DNA of 64,000 nucleotides from an uncultured Candidatus Saccharibacteria bacterium (GTDB lineage Bacteria; Patescibacteriota; Minisyncoccia; UBA6257; 2-01-FULL-56-20): NCBI GenBank assembly GCA_964365185.1, contig CAYIOP010000001.1:180579-244578 (forward strand), read 5' to 3'. The notes below the pieces were generated by a model. The model was not told where the DNA came from and searched no databases. It saw only the letters and a list, made by a program, of their open reading frames with translations. Shown here in pieces: positions 48,265-57,334 of the stretch; the stretch's first letter is position 1, and each line of letters opens with the position of its first letter. A program made the translations under genes and the position numbers.

Positions 48265-51041
48265 ATGAGTGAACTTGGACCGAGATACGATCACAAAGAA
48301 ATTGAAGATAAGATTTATAAACTCTGGGAGAAATCCGGGTATTTCTCCGCCGAAGGCGGATCCGCCTCTGGCGGAAATCCTGATAAGCGCAAACCCTATT
48401 CAATAATTATGCCGCCGAATAATGCGAACGGCTCGCTGCATTTGGGGCACGCGGTAGGACTGACTTTGCAGGATATTTTAATTCGATACTGGCGGATGCA
48501 AGGTCGAAAAACGCTTTGGCTGCCGGGGGCGGATCACGCGGGATTTGAAACCCAGGTGGTGTATGACAAAAAACTGGATAAGGAAGGACGGAATAGATTT
48601 ACCATTCCCCGCGAGGAACTTTGGAGAGAAATTTGGGATTTTACACAGACCAACAAAAAATTGATGCAGGAGCAGACCAAGAAACTCGGAGCTTCTTGTG
48701 ATTGGTCGCGCGAGCGATTTACGCTGGACCCGGAAATTATAAAAGTCGTTTATGAGACCTTTGAACAGTTATATAAAGACGGCTTGGCTTACCGCGATTT
48801 AAAAGTGGTGAACTGGTGCCCTAAACATCGCACCGCGCTTTCGGATTTGGAAGTAAAATTTGTGGAGCAAGAAGACCCGCTTTATTTTATAAAATACGGA
48901 CCGCTTACGGTGGCGACAGTGCGTCCAGAGACGAAATTTGGCGACACAGGGCTCGCGGTTAATCCTAAAGACGCGCGATATAAAAAATATATAGGTAAGG
49001 AAATAGAGGCAACCGGAGTTTTGGGACCGCTTAAATTTAAAGTGATTGCGGATGAGGCGGTGGACCTAAAATTTGGCACGGGAGTGGTTAAAGTGACACC
49101 AGCACATGACCAGACGGACTTTGAAATTTGGCAAAGGCATAAAGATGAAATCCCGGGACCAAAGCAGATTATTGATGAGTTGGGGCGACTGATGACTAGT
49201 AGCGGACTCGGCGAGTACGGAGGGTTGAAAGTTATGGAAGCGCGGGAAAAGGTGGTGGAAGCAATGAAGCAAATTGGAATTTTAGAAAAAGTAGACCCGA
49301 ACTATAAACACCAAATCGCGACTTGTTATAAGTGTGGCAACACGCTTGAGCCATTGCCTAAGATGCAGTGGTTTATTCGTATGACTACTCAAGCTAAAAG
49401 CGAAAAGCTAAAAGCGAAAAGTAATGGAAAGTCGCTTAGGGATTTGGCGGTGGAGGCGGTTAAAAGCGGAAGGGTAAAATTTACGCCGAAGCGGGCGGAG
49501 AAAGTTTTCATGCACTGGATGAAAAATATTCGGGATTGGAACATATCGCGGCAGATTGTTTGGGGAATTCGGATTCCGGCGTGGTTTTGCGTTAGTTGTG
49601 GGAAAGAGAAAATTAATCCTCTTATAAAATCCAAGTGGTTTTTGGTGCGACACGGAGAAACGGATTGGAATGTTGAGGGAAGGGCAAATGGTCATACGGA
49701 TATACCGCTGAATAAAATAGGATTTCAACAAGCTAATATGGCCGCTGAAAAATTAAAAGGTGAAAATATTGATTTGGTTCTATGCTCAGATCTTAAACGA
49801 GCTTCTCAAACCGCAGAGATTATAGCTAAAAGATTAGGTGTTGAATTAATAATAGATAAAGATCTGAGAGAAAGAAACATGGGCGTTGTTGAAGGAATGT
49901 TAAGAGAGGAATGGAAACAAAAACATCCAAATATGTCAGAAAGTTTAGAAAGTAGGCCGCTAGACGGAGAAAGCTTAGGTGAATTACAAGATAGAATATT
50001 TAAAACTTTTAATAAGCACAAATCACAGCATAAACATAAAAATATTGTCCTAGTAACTCATGGCGGCTCAATTAGATCATTGTTAGGCAAACTCAGAAAT
50101 ATGAAATTTGAGGATTGGGCTCATTTACAGTCAAAAAATACCGAAATTTTTAAATTTGATATTAGCGAAGATTGTGGAAAATGTGGTTTAGATTTATACG
50201 AGCAAGACCCGGATGTTTTTGATACTTGGTTTTCGTCGGGGCAGTGGCCGTTCGCGACTCTAATGAGTCGTGAAAGTTCAAAGTTAAAAGCGAAAAGCGA
50301 AAAGTTGGGAAAGGACGATTTCAAAAATTTCTATCCGACGGATGTGATGGAAACGGGCTATGACATTTTGTTTTTCTGGGTGGCGAGGATGATTATGCTG
50401 GGGATTTACCGAACCGGCAAAGTGCCTTTTAAAAACGTCTACTTGCACGGACTAGTGCGCGACAAAGACCGGCAGAAGATGTCTAATCCAAAGGCAATGT
50501 GATTGACCCGCTGGGCGTAGCCGAGACCTACGGCACGGACGCGGTTAGAATGGCGCTCGTTGTTGGCAATACGCCCGGCAATGACATTGTGATTTCAGAG
50601 GACAAAATCCGCGGGTATCGAAATTTCGCCACGAAAATTTGGAACGTAGCCAGATTTGTGATGATGAACTCGCCCTCCAAAATTTTGCGGAGCAAAACTT
50701 GGGAGGGTAAACCTTCTTTCACTACGCAAGATAAAAAAGATTTAGCGGCGCTTAAGAAAATAAAAACACAAGTGGCTAACCATATTGAAAAATTCGAATT
50801 TCATTTGGCGAGTGAAAAAGCGTACCACTATTTCTGGCATACTTTGGCTGATAAAATAATCGAAGAGACCAAGCCTAGATTGAACAGGAAGGATTCGAAA
50901 GATGCGGCAGTGGCTTATTTTAAACTCGAGACCGTTTTGCTTGAGTCGTTAAAGATACTGCACCCTTTTATGCCGTATGTGACTGAAGAGATTTGGCAGA
51001 AATTTAGGCCGGGAACAATATTGATGATAGAAAAATACTAA
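48265..51041 (+). CDS. valS: Valine-tRNA ligase with inserted histidine-phosphatase domain; split by a 1-nt deletion in KMSKS
   Basis: PPNNANGSLHLGH, DHAGFETQ, WNISRQ, DTWFSS, KMS[K]SKGNVIDP across the two ORFs, LHPFMPYVTEEIW. Confidence 0.93.
48346..48375. repeat. 30-bp double-hairpin element, copy 5, in frame in valS (SAEGGSASGG)
   Basis: TCCGCCGAAGGCGGATCCGCCTCTGGCGGA starts exactly at codon 28. Confidence 0.9.
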
Positions 51042-51048
51042 AAATACT

Positions 51049-51780
51049 ATGCTTATTTTAGCAATTATTTTAGGACTACTACCGGGATTTGCTTGGCTCA
51101 TTTTTTATTTTAAGGAAGATTTGCATCCAGAGCCCAAAAAATTAGTGGCGTTGGTTTTTATCGCGGGCGCGGGAATAACTTTATTGGCCTATATCTTTCA
51201 ATGCATTTCGTTTAAGGGATTTTTCCCAAGCGAGGGTTGCGGGCTGGGACTGGATGCGGCCATAGCCAACTCCCCTGTTTTAAAAGGGATACTTTTGATT
51301 CTTGTTCTTGCAGTAATTGAAGAAGTTTTGAAATTCGGAGCCGCATATTTAGTGGTCAATAAAAGCGCTAATTTTGACGAACCAGTGGACGCAATGATTT
51401 ATCCGGTGGTGGCGGCCTTGGGTTTTGCCACAGTCGAGAATTTCGCGGTAGCTTATCAACTATTACATACTGGAGGTTTAAATGGAGAAATAACATCGAT
51501 AGTTGGCGCGTTTAGAGCAATTTCTCTTAGATTTACCGGAGCTACCCTACTACATGCTTTAACTTCAGGAATAGTGGGTTATTTTTGGGCTAAATCCATA
51601 AGAAATTTTGAGAAAAAACGGATGATTTTTACCGGGTTAATACTGGCCACCGTGTTGCACGCGATTTTTAATTACCTTATAATTGAATTTGACGATCGAA
51701 TTTATACAGCTTTATTTCTGATTATTATTGGATTTTTTGTTATAGCTGATTTTGAAAAATTAAAGCGGCGAAAAATATAA
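51049..51780 (+). CDS. prsW: PrsW family intramembrane protease
   Basis: PEP, EEVLK, LGFATVEN, two HA motifs. Confidence 0.9.
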   Translation: MLILAIILGLLPGFAWLIFYFKEDLHPEPKKLVALVFIAGAGITLLAYIFQCISFKGFFPSEGCGLGLDAAIANSPVLKGILLILVLAVIEEVLKFGAAYLVVNKSANFDEPVDAMIYPVVAALGFATVENFAVAYQLLHTGGLNGEITSIVGAFRAISLRFTGATLLHALTSGIVGYFWAKSIRNFEKKRMIFTGLILATVLHAIFNYLIIEFDDRIYTALFLIIIGFFVIADFEKLKRRKI

Positions 51781-51781
51781 A

Positions 51782-52252
51782 ATGAATAACTCCGAAGAAA
51801 AATTTTTTGAGGAATATGCGGAACACAACGCCAACGAAGGAGAGGCGGAATTAGTGGGCGCCAATACCCTAAATAGCAAAATGAAAGTGAATTCTAAAAA
51901 AGCCGAATTAGAAATCGATTCCGAACCAGAAGGCCAGCTCACAATTGACGTCTATCAAACGCCAACGGAAATAGTGGTTGAGTCGGCGGTGGCTGGAGTG
52001 AGCCCTGATGACTTAGACATTAATGTGACCGCGGATTCGGTATCGATTGTGGGCCGAAGAAAAAGAGAAAAACAAGTGAGCGAAGAAAATTATATTTACC
52101 AAGAATGTTACTGGGGCAAATTTTCGCGATCAATAATTCTCCCCCAGGAAGTTGATCCGGATGAAGCATCGGTTGATTTTAAAAATGGAATTCTTTCTAT
52201 CCACTTGCCAAAACTTAACCGTAAAAAAGCTAAGAAATTAAAGGTAGGGTAA
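51782..52252 (+). CDS. Small heat shock protein (Hsp20/alpha-crystallin)
   Basis: IDVYQT, ECYWGKFSRSIILP, NGILSIHLPK. Confidence 0.93.
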   Translation: MNNSEEKFFEEYAEHNANEGEAELVGANTLNSKMKVNSKKAELEIDSEPEGQLTIDVYQTPTEIVVESAVAGVSPDDLDINVTADSVSIVGRRKREKQVSEENYIYQECYWGKFSRSIILPQEVDPDEASVDFKNGILSIHLPKLNRKKAKKLKVG

Positions 52253-52296
52253 ACTTAGAAGTTAGAAATTAGGAGTTAGAATGATTAGAAATGAGT

Positions 52297-52331
52297 TGAC
52301 CCCTGTACTAATTTTATTAGTTCAGGGGTTG
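52297..52331. terminator. Hairpin after the Hsp20 gene
   Basis: ACCCCTG.ACTAAT/ATTAGT.CAGGGGT. Confidence 0.5.
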
Positions 52332-52364
52332 ATTTTTACTCTGTAATAAGATAAGATTAGCCCC

Positions 52365-52553
52365 ATGCGAAAGTGTGAAATTTGCGGCCGGGGTTCAGTG
52401 ATGCAAGGCAAGAGAAAACTGCTTCGTGGCCACTATAATCCAGTCAATTATTTAAGAAAATATCCCAATCTCCAAAAAACTAAACTTCCGGACGGAAAGG
52501 GGGTTTTGGCGTGTACGCGATGTATGAGGACGCTTCAAAAAACTCCTAGATAA
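52365..52553 (+). CDS. rpmB: 50S ribosomal protein L28
   Basis: CEICG...PNLQ...CTRCMRT. Confidence 0.88.
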   Translation: MRKCEICGRGSVMQGKRKLLRGHYNPVNYLRKYPNLQKTKLPDGKGVLACTRCMRTLQKTPR

Positions 52554-52591
52554 GGTAGGTTTTTTAAATTTTTTCGGTAGTTAAATTTCTA

Positions 52592-52662
52592 CGGGCTGTA
52601 GTATAACGGCAGTATACACCCTTGGGGTGGGTGCGACCCGGGTTCAATTCCCGGCAGCCCGA
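52592..52662 (+). tRNA. tRNA-Pro(GGG)
   Basis: CGGGCTG/CAGCCCG acceptor, CACCC-TTGGGGT-GGGTG anticodon arm. Confidence 0.93.
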
Positions 52663-52744
52663 CACTAGATTTTGTTGACGAACTTAAGAGTTTACAAAAT
52701 CTTGTGTCCCGTCTTAGGCGGGGCAACAATAAATTCAAGAAAAA

Positions 52745-53401
52745 ATGTTCGATCTTACAGCGTTAATTCAGGCGGTTGGCTATGTGGGGATATTTGGAAT
52801 TGTTTTTGCTGAATCAGGTATTTTCTTGGGTCTTTTTTTGCCGGGCGATTCCTTGCTTTTTACCAGCGGTCTTTTGGTTTATAAAGGAATTCTTAACTTC
52901 GAAATACTCGCAATCGTAACTTTTTTAGCGGCGATTTTGGGTGATAGTTTTGGATATGCTTTTGGCCGGCGAGTGGGCCCGGCAATATTTAAGAAAGAGG
53001 ATTCGATTTTATTTCATAAAGACCATCTGGAAAGAGCTAAGAAATTTTATGAAAAGCACGGCGGCAAAGCTATTATTTTGGCCCGCTTTATGCCGATTAT
53101 AAGAACTTTTGCTCCAATTTTGGCTGGAGTCGGCGGAATGAAATACTCAAGATTTATTTTTTTTAACGTTGTCGGCGCTTTCTTGTGGAGTTTAGGACTT
53201 ATCACTCTAGGTTACTATCTAGGAGCTTTAATACCTAATATCGAATATTTTATATTACCGATTATAGCGTTAATTATTTTGGCATCGATTTCACCGACTA
53301 TAATTGCCTTAATCAAAAATGAAAATTATCGAAGAGAGGGATGGAAACAAATCAAAGATTTTTATTTAAAAGTAAGAAATCGCAAAAAAAACAACCAATA
53401 G
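52745..53401 (+). CDS. DedA family protein
   Basis: FAESG..LPGDSLL and ARFMPIIRT. Confidence 0.93.
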   Translation: MFDLTALIQAVGYVGIFGIVFAESGIFLGLFLPGDSLLFTSGLLVYKGILNFEILAIVTFLAAILGDSFGYAFGRRVGPAIFKKEDSILFHKDHLERAKKFYEKHGGKAIILARFMPIIRTFAPILAGVGGMKYSRFIFFNVVGAFLWSLGLITLGYYLGALIPNIEYFILPIIALIILASISPTIIALIKNENYRREGWKQIKDFYLKVRNRKKNNQ

Positions 53402-53402
53402 A

Positions 53403-53548
53403 AATCCCGCCCAGATATCCGGCCTTTCGCCAGTCCTAAATTAAAAACTTAGGTTGGGAACTCACTTTTAGCGAGCTGGATAACCAACAAGCCAGAAGTC
53501 AAGTTATCCCCTAATTAATTATTTGATCCGGAATCTTAGGCGGGATTC
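53403..53548 (-). ncRNA. Candidate multibranch ncRNA convergent with dedA
   Basis: TGcTATAAT extended -10 at 53557-53565 (minus); closing stem about 20 bp; three internal hairpins; G-U pairs favour minus strand. Confidence 0.55.
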
Positions 53549-53653
53549 CTAATTCTATTATAGCACTAATTTTTTAAAAATTTGGAAAACTCTGTGGAAA
53601 AAAAACCGAGCAACTAGCTTTAATTTAAGGAGGGGGTTCTTATCCTCTCTGGC

Positions 53654-54085
53654 CTAACTAACTGATTTTGAATCAAGCTTACGCTTCAAGTAAATTAAAC
53701 CTAAAGAAGCTGCGGTGACGCTGCCTAAAAGATCTAAGAAAAGATCGAAAAGAGTATCAGGAAGAACCAGTGGGTTTGGCGCGAAATTTAGGGGGTGTCT
53801 TTTTAATAGATAGACATCGGCTAAATATTCGTAGAATTCCCAAAGCACGCCCACTAAAGCAACGAACCCTAAAATAATAATCAATTTTGTGAAAAAATGG
53901 GTGTTGTCTCCAAAAATATGATTTTTAACAAAGGCAAAGTAAATAAAAAAAAGAGCTACCCAAACACCCCCCGAAAAATGCAGGAGATCGTCGAGATACC
54001 AGATAGAATCATACCAATCGAAATATCCGGCAATAATATGAACAACTGCTATTACAAAGAACAAGATCAAAATCAGTCGTTTCAT
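53654..54085 (-). CDS. Membrane protein with D..LH, WE..E and DT..DL motifs (VanZ/DUF2238-like)
   Basis: LDDLLHFSGG, LWEFYEY, DTLFDLFLD; 4 TMs. Confidence 0.75.
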   Translation of the reverse strand: MKRLILILFFVIAVVHIIAGYFDWYDSIWYLDDLLHFSGGVWVALFFIYFAFVKNHIFGDNTHFFTKLIIILGFVALVGVLWEFYEYLADVYLLKRHPLNFAPNPLVLPDTLFDLFLDLLGSVTAASLGLIYLKRKLDSKSVS

Positions 54086-54120
54086 GAGTAAATTGTGGAG
54101 AAAAAAACTACCGCTTCTTC

Positions 54121-54220
54121 CATTGTGGGTCGTCCGCTAGGACTCCTTCAAAACCCTCGGTTTTGAATAATTTCCTACTCGGGAAACCGACGTTTTCCCG
54201 ACCCCTTTCCTCCGCAATGC
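54121..54220. repeat. Multibranch palindromic element after rpsI
   Basis: CATTGTGG/CCGCAATG outer stem, TTCAAAACC/GGTTTTGAA, TCGGGAAA/TTTCCCGA. Confidence 0.55.
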
Positions 54221-54226
54221 GAAAAA

Positions 54227-54691
54227 CTAACGTTTTTTCCATTGCGGTGCCCGCCTGGCCTTTTTCAAACCGTATTTTTTTCTTTCTACCGCTCGGGAAT
54301 CCCGAGTAAGAAATCCTAGCCCTCGTAATCTTTTTTTGAAATCAGAATTTAAATTTACCAGAGCTCGAGAGAGACCGTGACGAACAGCTTCAGCTTGAGC
54401 CTTAAGGCCACCTCCATGAATATTCACGGTGATATGAAATTTTTCTTCAAGTTTAAGATTAGCAATGGGAGACAACGCCATTTCCTGTAATTCTCCCGGC
54501 TTGAAGTATTCAGAAATCTTTTTGTCGTTAATGCGGGCATCACCGCGACCGCTCATGATTCTTACTCGAGCGATAGCTGTTTTACGCCGGCCAACCCCTT
54601 CAAAATATCGTCCATCAGAAGAACTGGTTGGTTCTTTTTTTTCGGCTTTATTCTGATCTTCATCAGCAGAAATTTTGCTTTTTCTAATCAT
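54227..54691 (-). CDS. rpsI: 30S ribosomal protein S9
   Basis: GRRKTAIARV and ERKKYGLKKARRAPQWKKR; start taken just after the rplM stop. Confidence 0.97.
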   Translation of the reverse strand: MIRKSKISADEDQNKAEKKEPTSSSDGRYFEGVGRRKTAIARVRIMSGRGDARINDKKISEYFKPGELQEMALSPIANLKLEEKFHITVNIHGGGLKAQAEAVRHGLSRALVNLNSDFKKRLRGLGFLTRDSRAVERKKYGLKKARRAPQWKKR

Positions 54692-54692
54692 A

Positions 54693-55034
54693 TTATTCTT
54701 CAAAAATTAAATGGTGAAGACGCTTTTGGTTTAACAAATTTTTAGGCAACATTCGGCGCACGGTTTCCTGAATGACTTTCTTAGGATTTTTAGTAAAGGC
54801 CTGATCGAAAGTTAACGACTTTAAATGACCGACATAACCGGTATGGCGATGATACACTTTTTCCTTGAATTTACGGCCGGTTAAAACAATATTTTTATAG
54901 TTTTTTAAAATAACCCTGTCAGAACCAATTAAACGAGGATCATAAGCAGGGCTTTGCTTGCCCTGAAGAATAACGGCGATTTCCGAAGCCAGACGGCCAA
55001 GTTTTTTATTTTTAGCATCAATGTGAAAATCCAT
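54693..55034 (-). CDS. rplM: 50S ribosomal protein L13
   Basis: LGRLASEIA..LQGK, HTGYVG, MLPKN. Confidence 0.96.
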   Translation of the reverse strand: MDFHIDAKNKKLGRLASEIAVILQGKQSPAYDPRLIGSDRVILKNYKNIVLTGRKFKEKVYHRHTGYVGHLKSLTFDQAFTKNPKKVIQETVRRMLPKNLLNQKRLHHLIFEE

Positions 55035-55039
55035 AATAA

Positions 55040-55399
55040 TTATTCTTGAATAAATTCAATAGTGGCCAAAGGAGCGCCATCTCTTTTTCGGGATTTTCCA
55101 ACTTTAACAATTCTTAAATAGCCACCGGGCCGATTTTGATATCGCGGAGCGATAATATCAAGAAGTTTTTTTACGGTTTTTGGATTTTGAAGTCGGGAAG
55201 AAATGAGTCGGCGACTGGCGAGATTTTGCTTTCTGGCTAAGGTAACCATTTTTTCAACCATTGGTCGGATGGCTTTGGCGCGGGTTTCGGTTGTTTCAAT
55301 TTTGCCTCGTGTAATCAGATTATTAGCCAAATTCCTCAGAAAAGATTTTCGGCGACCTGAAAGTCGCCCGAATTTTTTACCTTTTTTTAAGTGACGCAT
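55040..55399 (-). CDS. rplQ: 50S ribosomal protein L17
   Basis: MRH, IETTETRAK, RPGGYLRI. Confidence 0.97.
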   Translation of the reverse strand: MRHLKKGKKFGRLSGRRKSFLRNLANNLITRGKIETTETRAKAIRPMVEKMVTLARKQNLASRRLISSRLQNPKTVKKLLDIIAPRYQNRPGGYLRIVKVGKSRKRDGAPLATIEFIQE

Positions 55400-55407
55400 A
55401 TCGGAAA

Positions 55408-56205
55408 TTATTCAGATTTTTTGCCGGAAGCTTTCTTTTTGGATTTGGTTTTTTCCTCTTTTTCGGCTTTGGTTCCAACTTTAGGAAAACTCAGAAGTTC
55501 AAATTCCTGAACAGCGACTTCGGAAATGGTTTTGAAATGATCGTTTAAAATATTCGATGCTTTCCTTAGCGCCGAAGATGGGCTAATAGTGCCATCGGTT
55601 TCGATTTCTAGTCGCAGACGGTTATAGTTGGTTCTGTCGCCAACGCGCATATCTTCGATTGAATAACTGACATTAGAGACGGGCGAGAAAAAGGCGTCGA
55701 TAGCAATGGTGCCAATCGCCAATTTTTCTTCTTCTTTTCTTGATTCAACAGCTGAATAACCTAATCCCCTTTCAACTTTTATTTCGATATCCAATTCAGC
55801 GTGTTTATCGGTGATGGTAGCGATAGTTTCGCTGGGATTTAAAATGATGATATTGGAATTAATTTTAATATCGGAAGCGGTAACGTCTTTAATCCCTTTC
55901 ACTTTTAAAAGCAAGGTTTGGGGTTCATCAACATTCATATGGAACCTGATTTTTTTGAAGTTCAAGCTTAATTCAACCATATCCTCTTTAATGCCGGGGA
56001 GGGTTGAAAATTCGTGGGAAACTCCTTTAATTTTAATTTGAGTGATAGCCGCGCCAGGCAAAGAAGACAAAAGAACTCTTCTTAAAGTATTGGCGATGGT
56101 TAGGCCATAACCGGCAAAAAGACCCTCAATTTCAAAAACGCCAGATTTCTGATTCTCAGAAACAGTTTTAATAGAAACAGATTTACTTAAATAACTCCAG
56201 TACAT
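55408..56205 (-). CDS. rpoA: RNA polymerase alpha subunit (NTD only, 265 aa)
   Basis: GYGLTIANTLRRVLLSSLPG, HEFSTLPG, IDAFFSPV; no CTD motif. Confidence 0.95.
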   Translation of the reverse strand: MYWSYLSKSVSIKTVSENQKSGVFEIEGLFAGYGLTIANTLRRVLLSSLPGAAITQIKIKGVSHEFSTLPGIKEDMVELSLNFKKIRFHMNVDEPQTLLLKVKGIKDVTASDIKINSNIIILNPSETIATITDKHAELDIEIKVERGLGYSAVESRKEEEKLAIGTIAIDAFFSPVSNVSYSIEDMRVGDRTNYNRLRLEIETDGTISPSSALRKASNILNDHFKTISEVAVQEFELLSFPKVGTKAEKEEKTKSKKKASGKKSE

Positions 56206-56211
56206 TTTTTA

Positions 56212-56832
56212 TTATTTAGAAAATGATTCGACTAAAAGATTGATTTCTAGGTGGGGAGAGGCCTCTTCGGGGAATTTAATTATTGTACCTTCTACTTTTT
56301 CTTTATCCAGAGATAACCAAGCGGCTGGTTCATATTTTTTGATGCGGTCCTTCATTTCGTTAAACCACTTTAATTTTTTTGAATCTTCTCTGAAACCGAT
56401 AATATCATGGATTTTGACTTGGTAACCCGGAGACCTTACTCGATGACCATTTATGGTGACGTGGCCGTGAATAATCATTTGTCTTGAGGTGGCACGAGAA
56501 GAAAAAAATCCCAAGCTAAAAATAACATTATCTAACCGACGTTCTAGAAGCTCCATAATTTTGGCGGTGGTAGAACCGGTTTCTTTTTCAGCTTGTTTAA
56601 ACAATCTTAAAAGATTTTTCTCGTTTAAGCCATAGGTTAATTTAAATTTTTGTTTTTCGGCGAGTTGCCGGCCAAATTCAGAAAGAGCGCGGCGCCTTTT
56701 ACTTACTGGACCGTGCATGCCAGGCGGATACGGCTTTCTAACAGCCGCGCATTTAGGAGAATTGCAGCGCTCCCCTTTTAGACCAAGGCGAACTCCTAGG
56801 GCACGTTCTCTTTTTTCTTTTACTTTAGGCAT
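56212..56832 (-). CDS. rpsD: 30S ribosomal protein S4
   Basis: PPGMHG, EKQK, LERRLDNV. Confidence 0.97.
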   Translation of the reverse strand: MPKVKEKRERALGVRLGLKGERCNSPKCAAVRKPYPPGMHGPVSKRRRALSEFGRQLAEKQKFKLTYGLNEKNLLRLFKQAEKETGSTTAKIMELLERRLDNVIFSLGFFSSRATSRQMIIHGHVTINGHRVRSPGYQVKIHDIIGFREDSKKLKWFNEMKDRIKKYEPAAWLSLDKEKVEGTIIKFPEEASPHLEINLLVESFSK

Positions 56833-56877
56833 AAAAATAGGTTAGAGGTTTTAGGTGATAGGTTAATAGTTAATTGA

Positions 56878-57330
56878 TTAGACGCGTCTAGGTTTAGCCG
56901 GACGGGGGCCATTGTGAGGAATTGGAGTCACGTCTCTGATTGAAGTGACATTAAAGCCGTGATTTACCAAAGAACGAATAGCGGAGTCGCGGCCGCCGCC
57001 AACGCCTCTTACTATAACATCGACATCAGTGGGCCCTGTTATTTTAAGTTTTTCACTTAAAGCCGCAATAATTTTTGACGACGCAAAAGGAGTGGCTTTT
57101 TTAGGACCAGAAAAACCCAAGGATCCAGCCGAAACCCAAGTGATAACATTTCCCGCAGTGTCAGTCACGGTAATCAAAGTATTATTAAATGAGGTTTTGA
57201 TATAGACTCGGCCGTGAGTTATTTTCTTGGTTTTTTTGGAAGCAACAGTTTTGGCCATAGCGGCTTCCCTAACGGCTTTTTCTTTTAAAACCTCTTCTGA
57301 TGTTTGTTTGATGACTTTTTTCTTGCCCAT
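56878..57330 (-). CDS. rpsK: 30S ribosomal protein S11
   Basis: SFNNT, KKATPFA, DVTPIPHNG. Confidence 0.98.
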   Translation of the reverse strand: MGKKKVIKQTSEEVLKEKAVREAAMAKTVASKKTKKITHGRVYIKTSFNNTLITVTDTAGNVITWVSAGSLGFSGPKKATPFASSKIIAALSEKLKITGPTDVDVIVRGVGGGRDSAIRSLVNHGFNVTSIRDVTPIPHNGPRPAKPRRV

Positions 57331-57334
57331 AGTT

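Noticed and set aside
49600-50185. Intein in valS
   Set aside because: No intein terminal motifs (no HN before C/S/T); the insert is a histidine phosphatase
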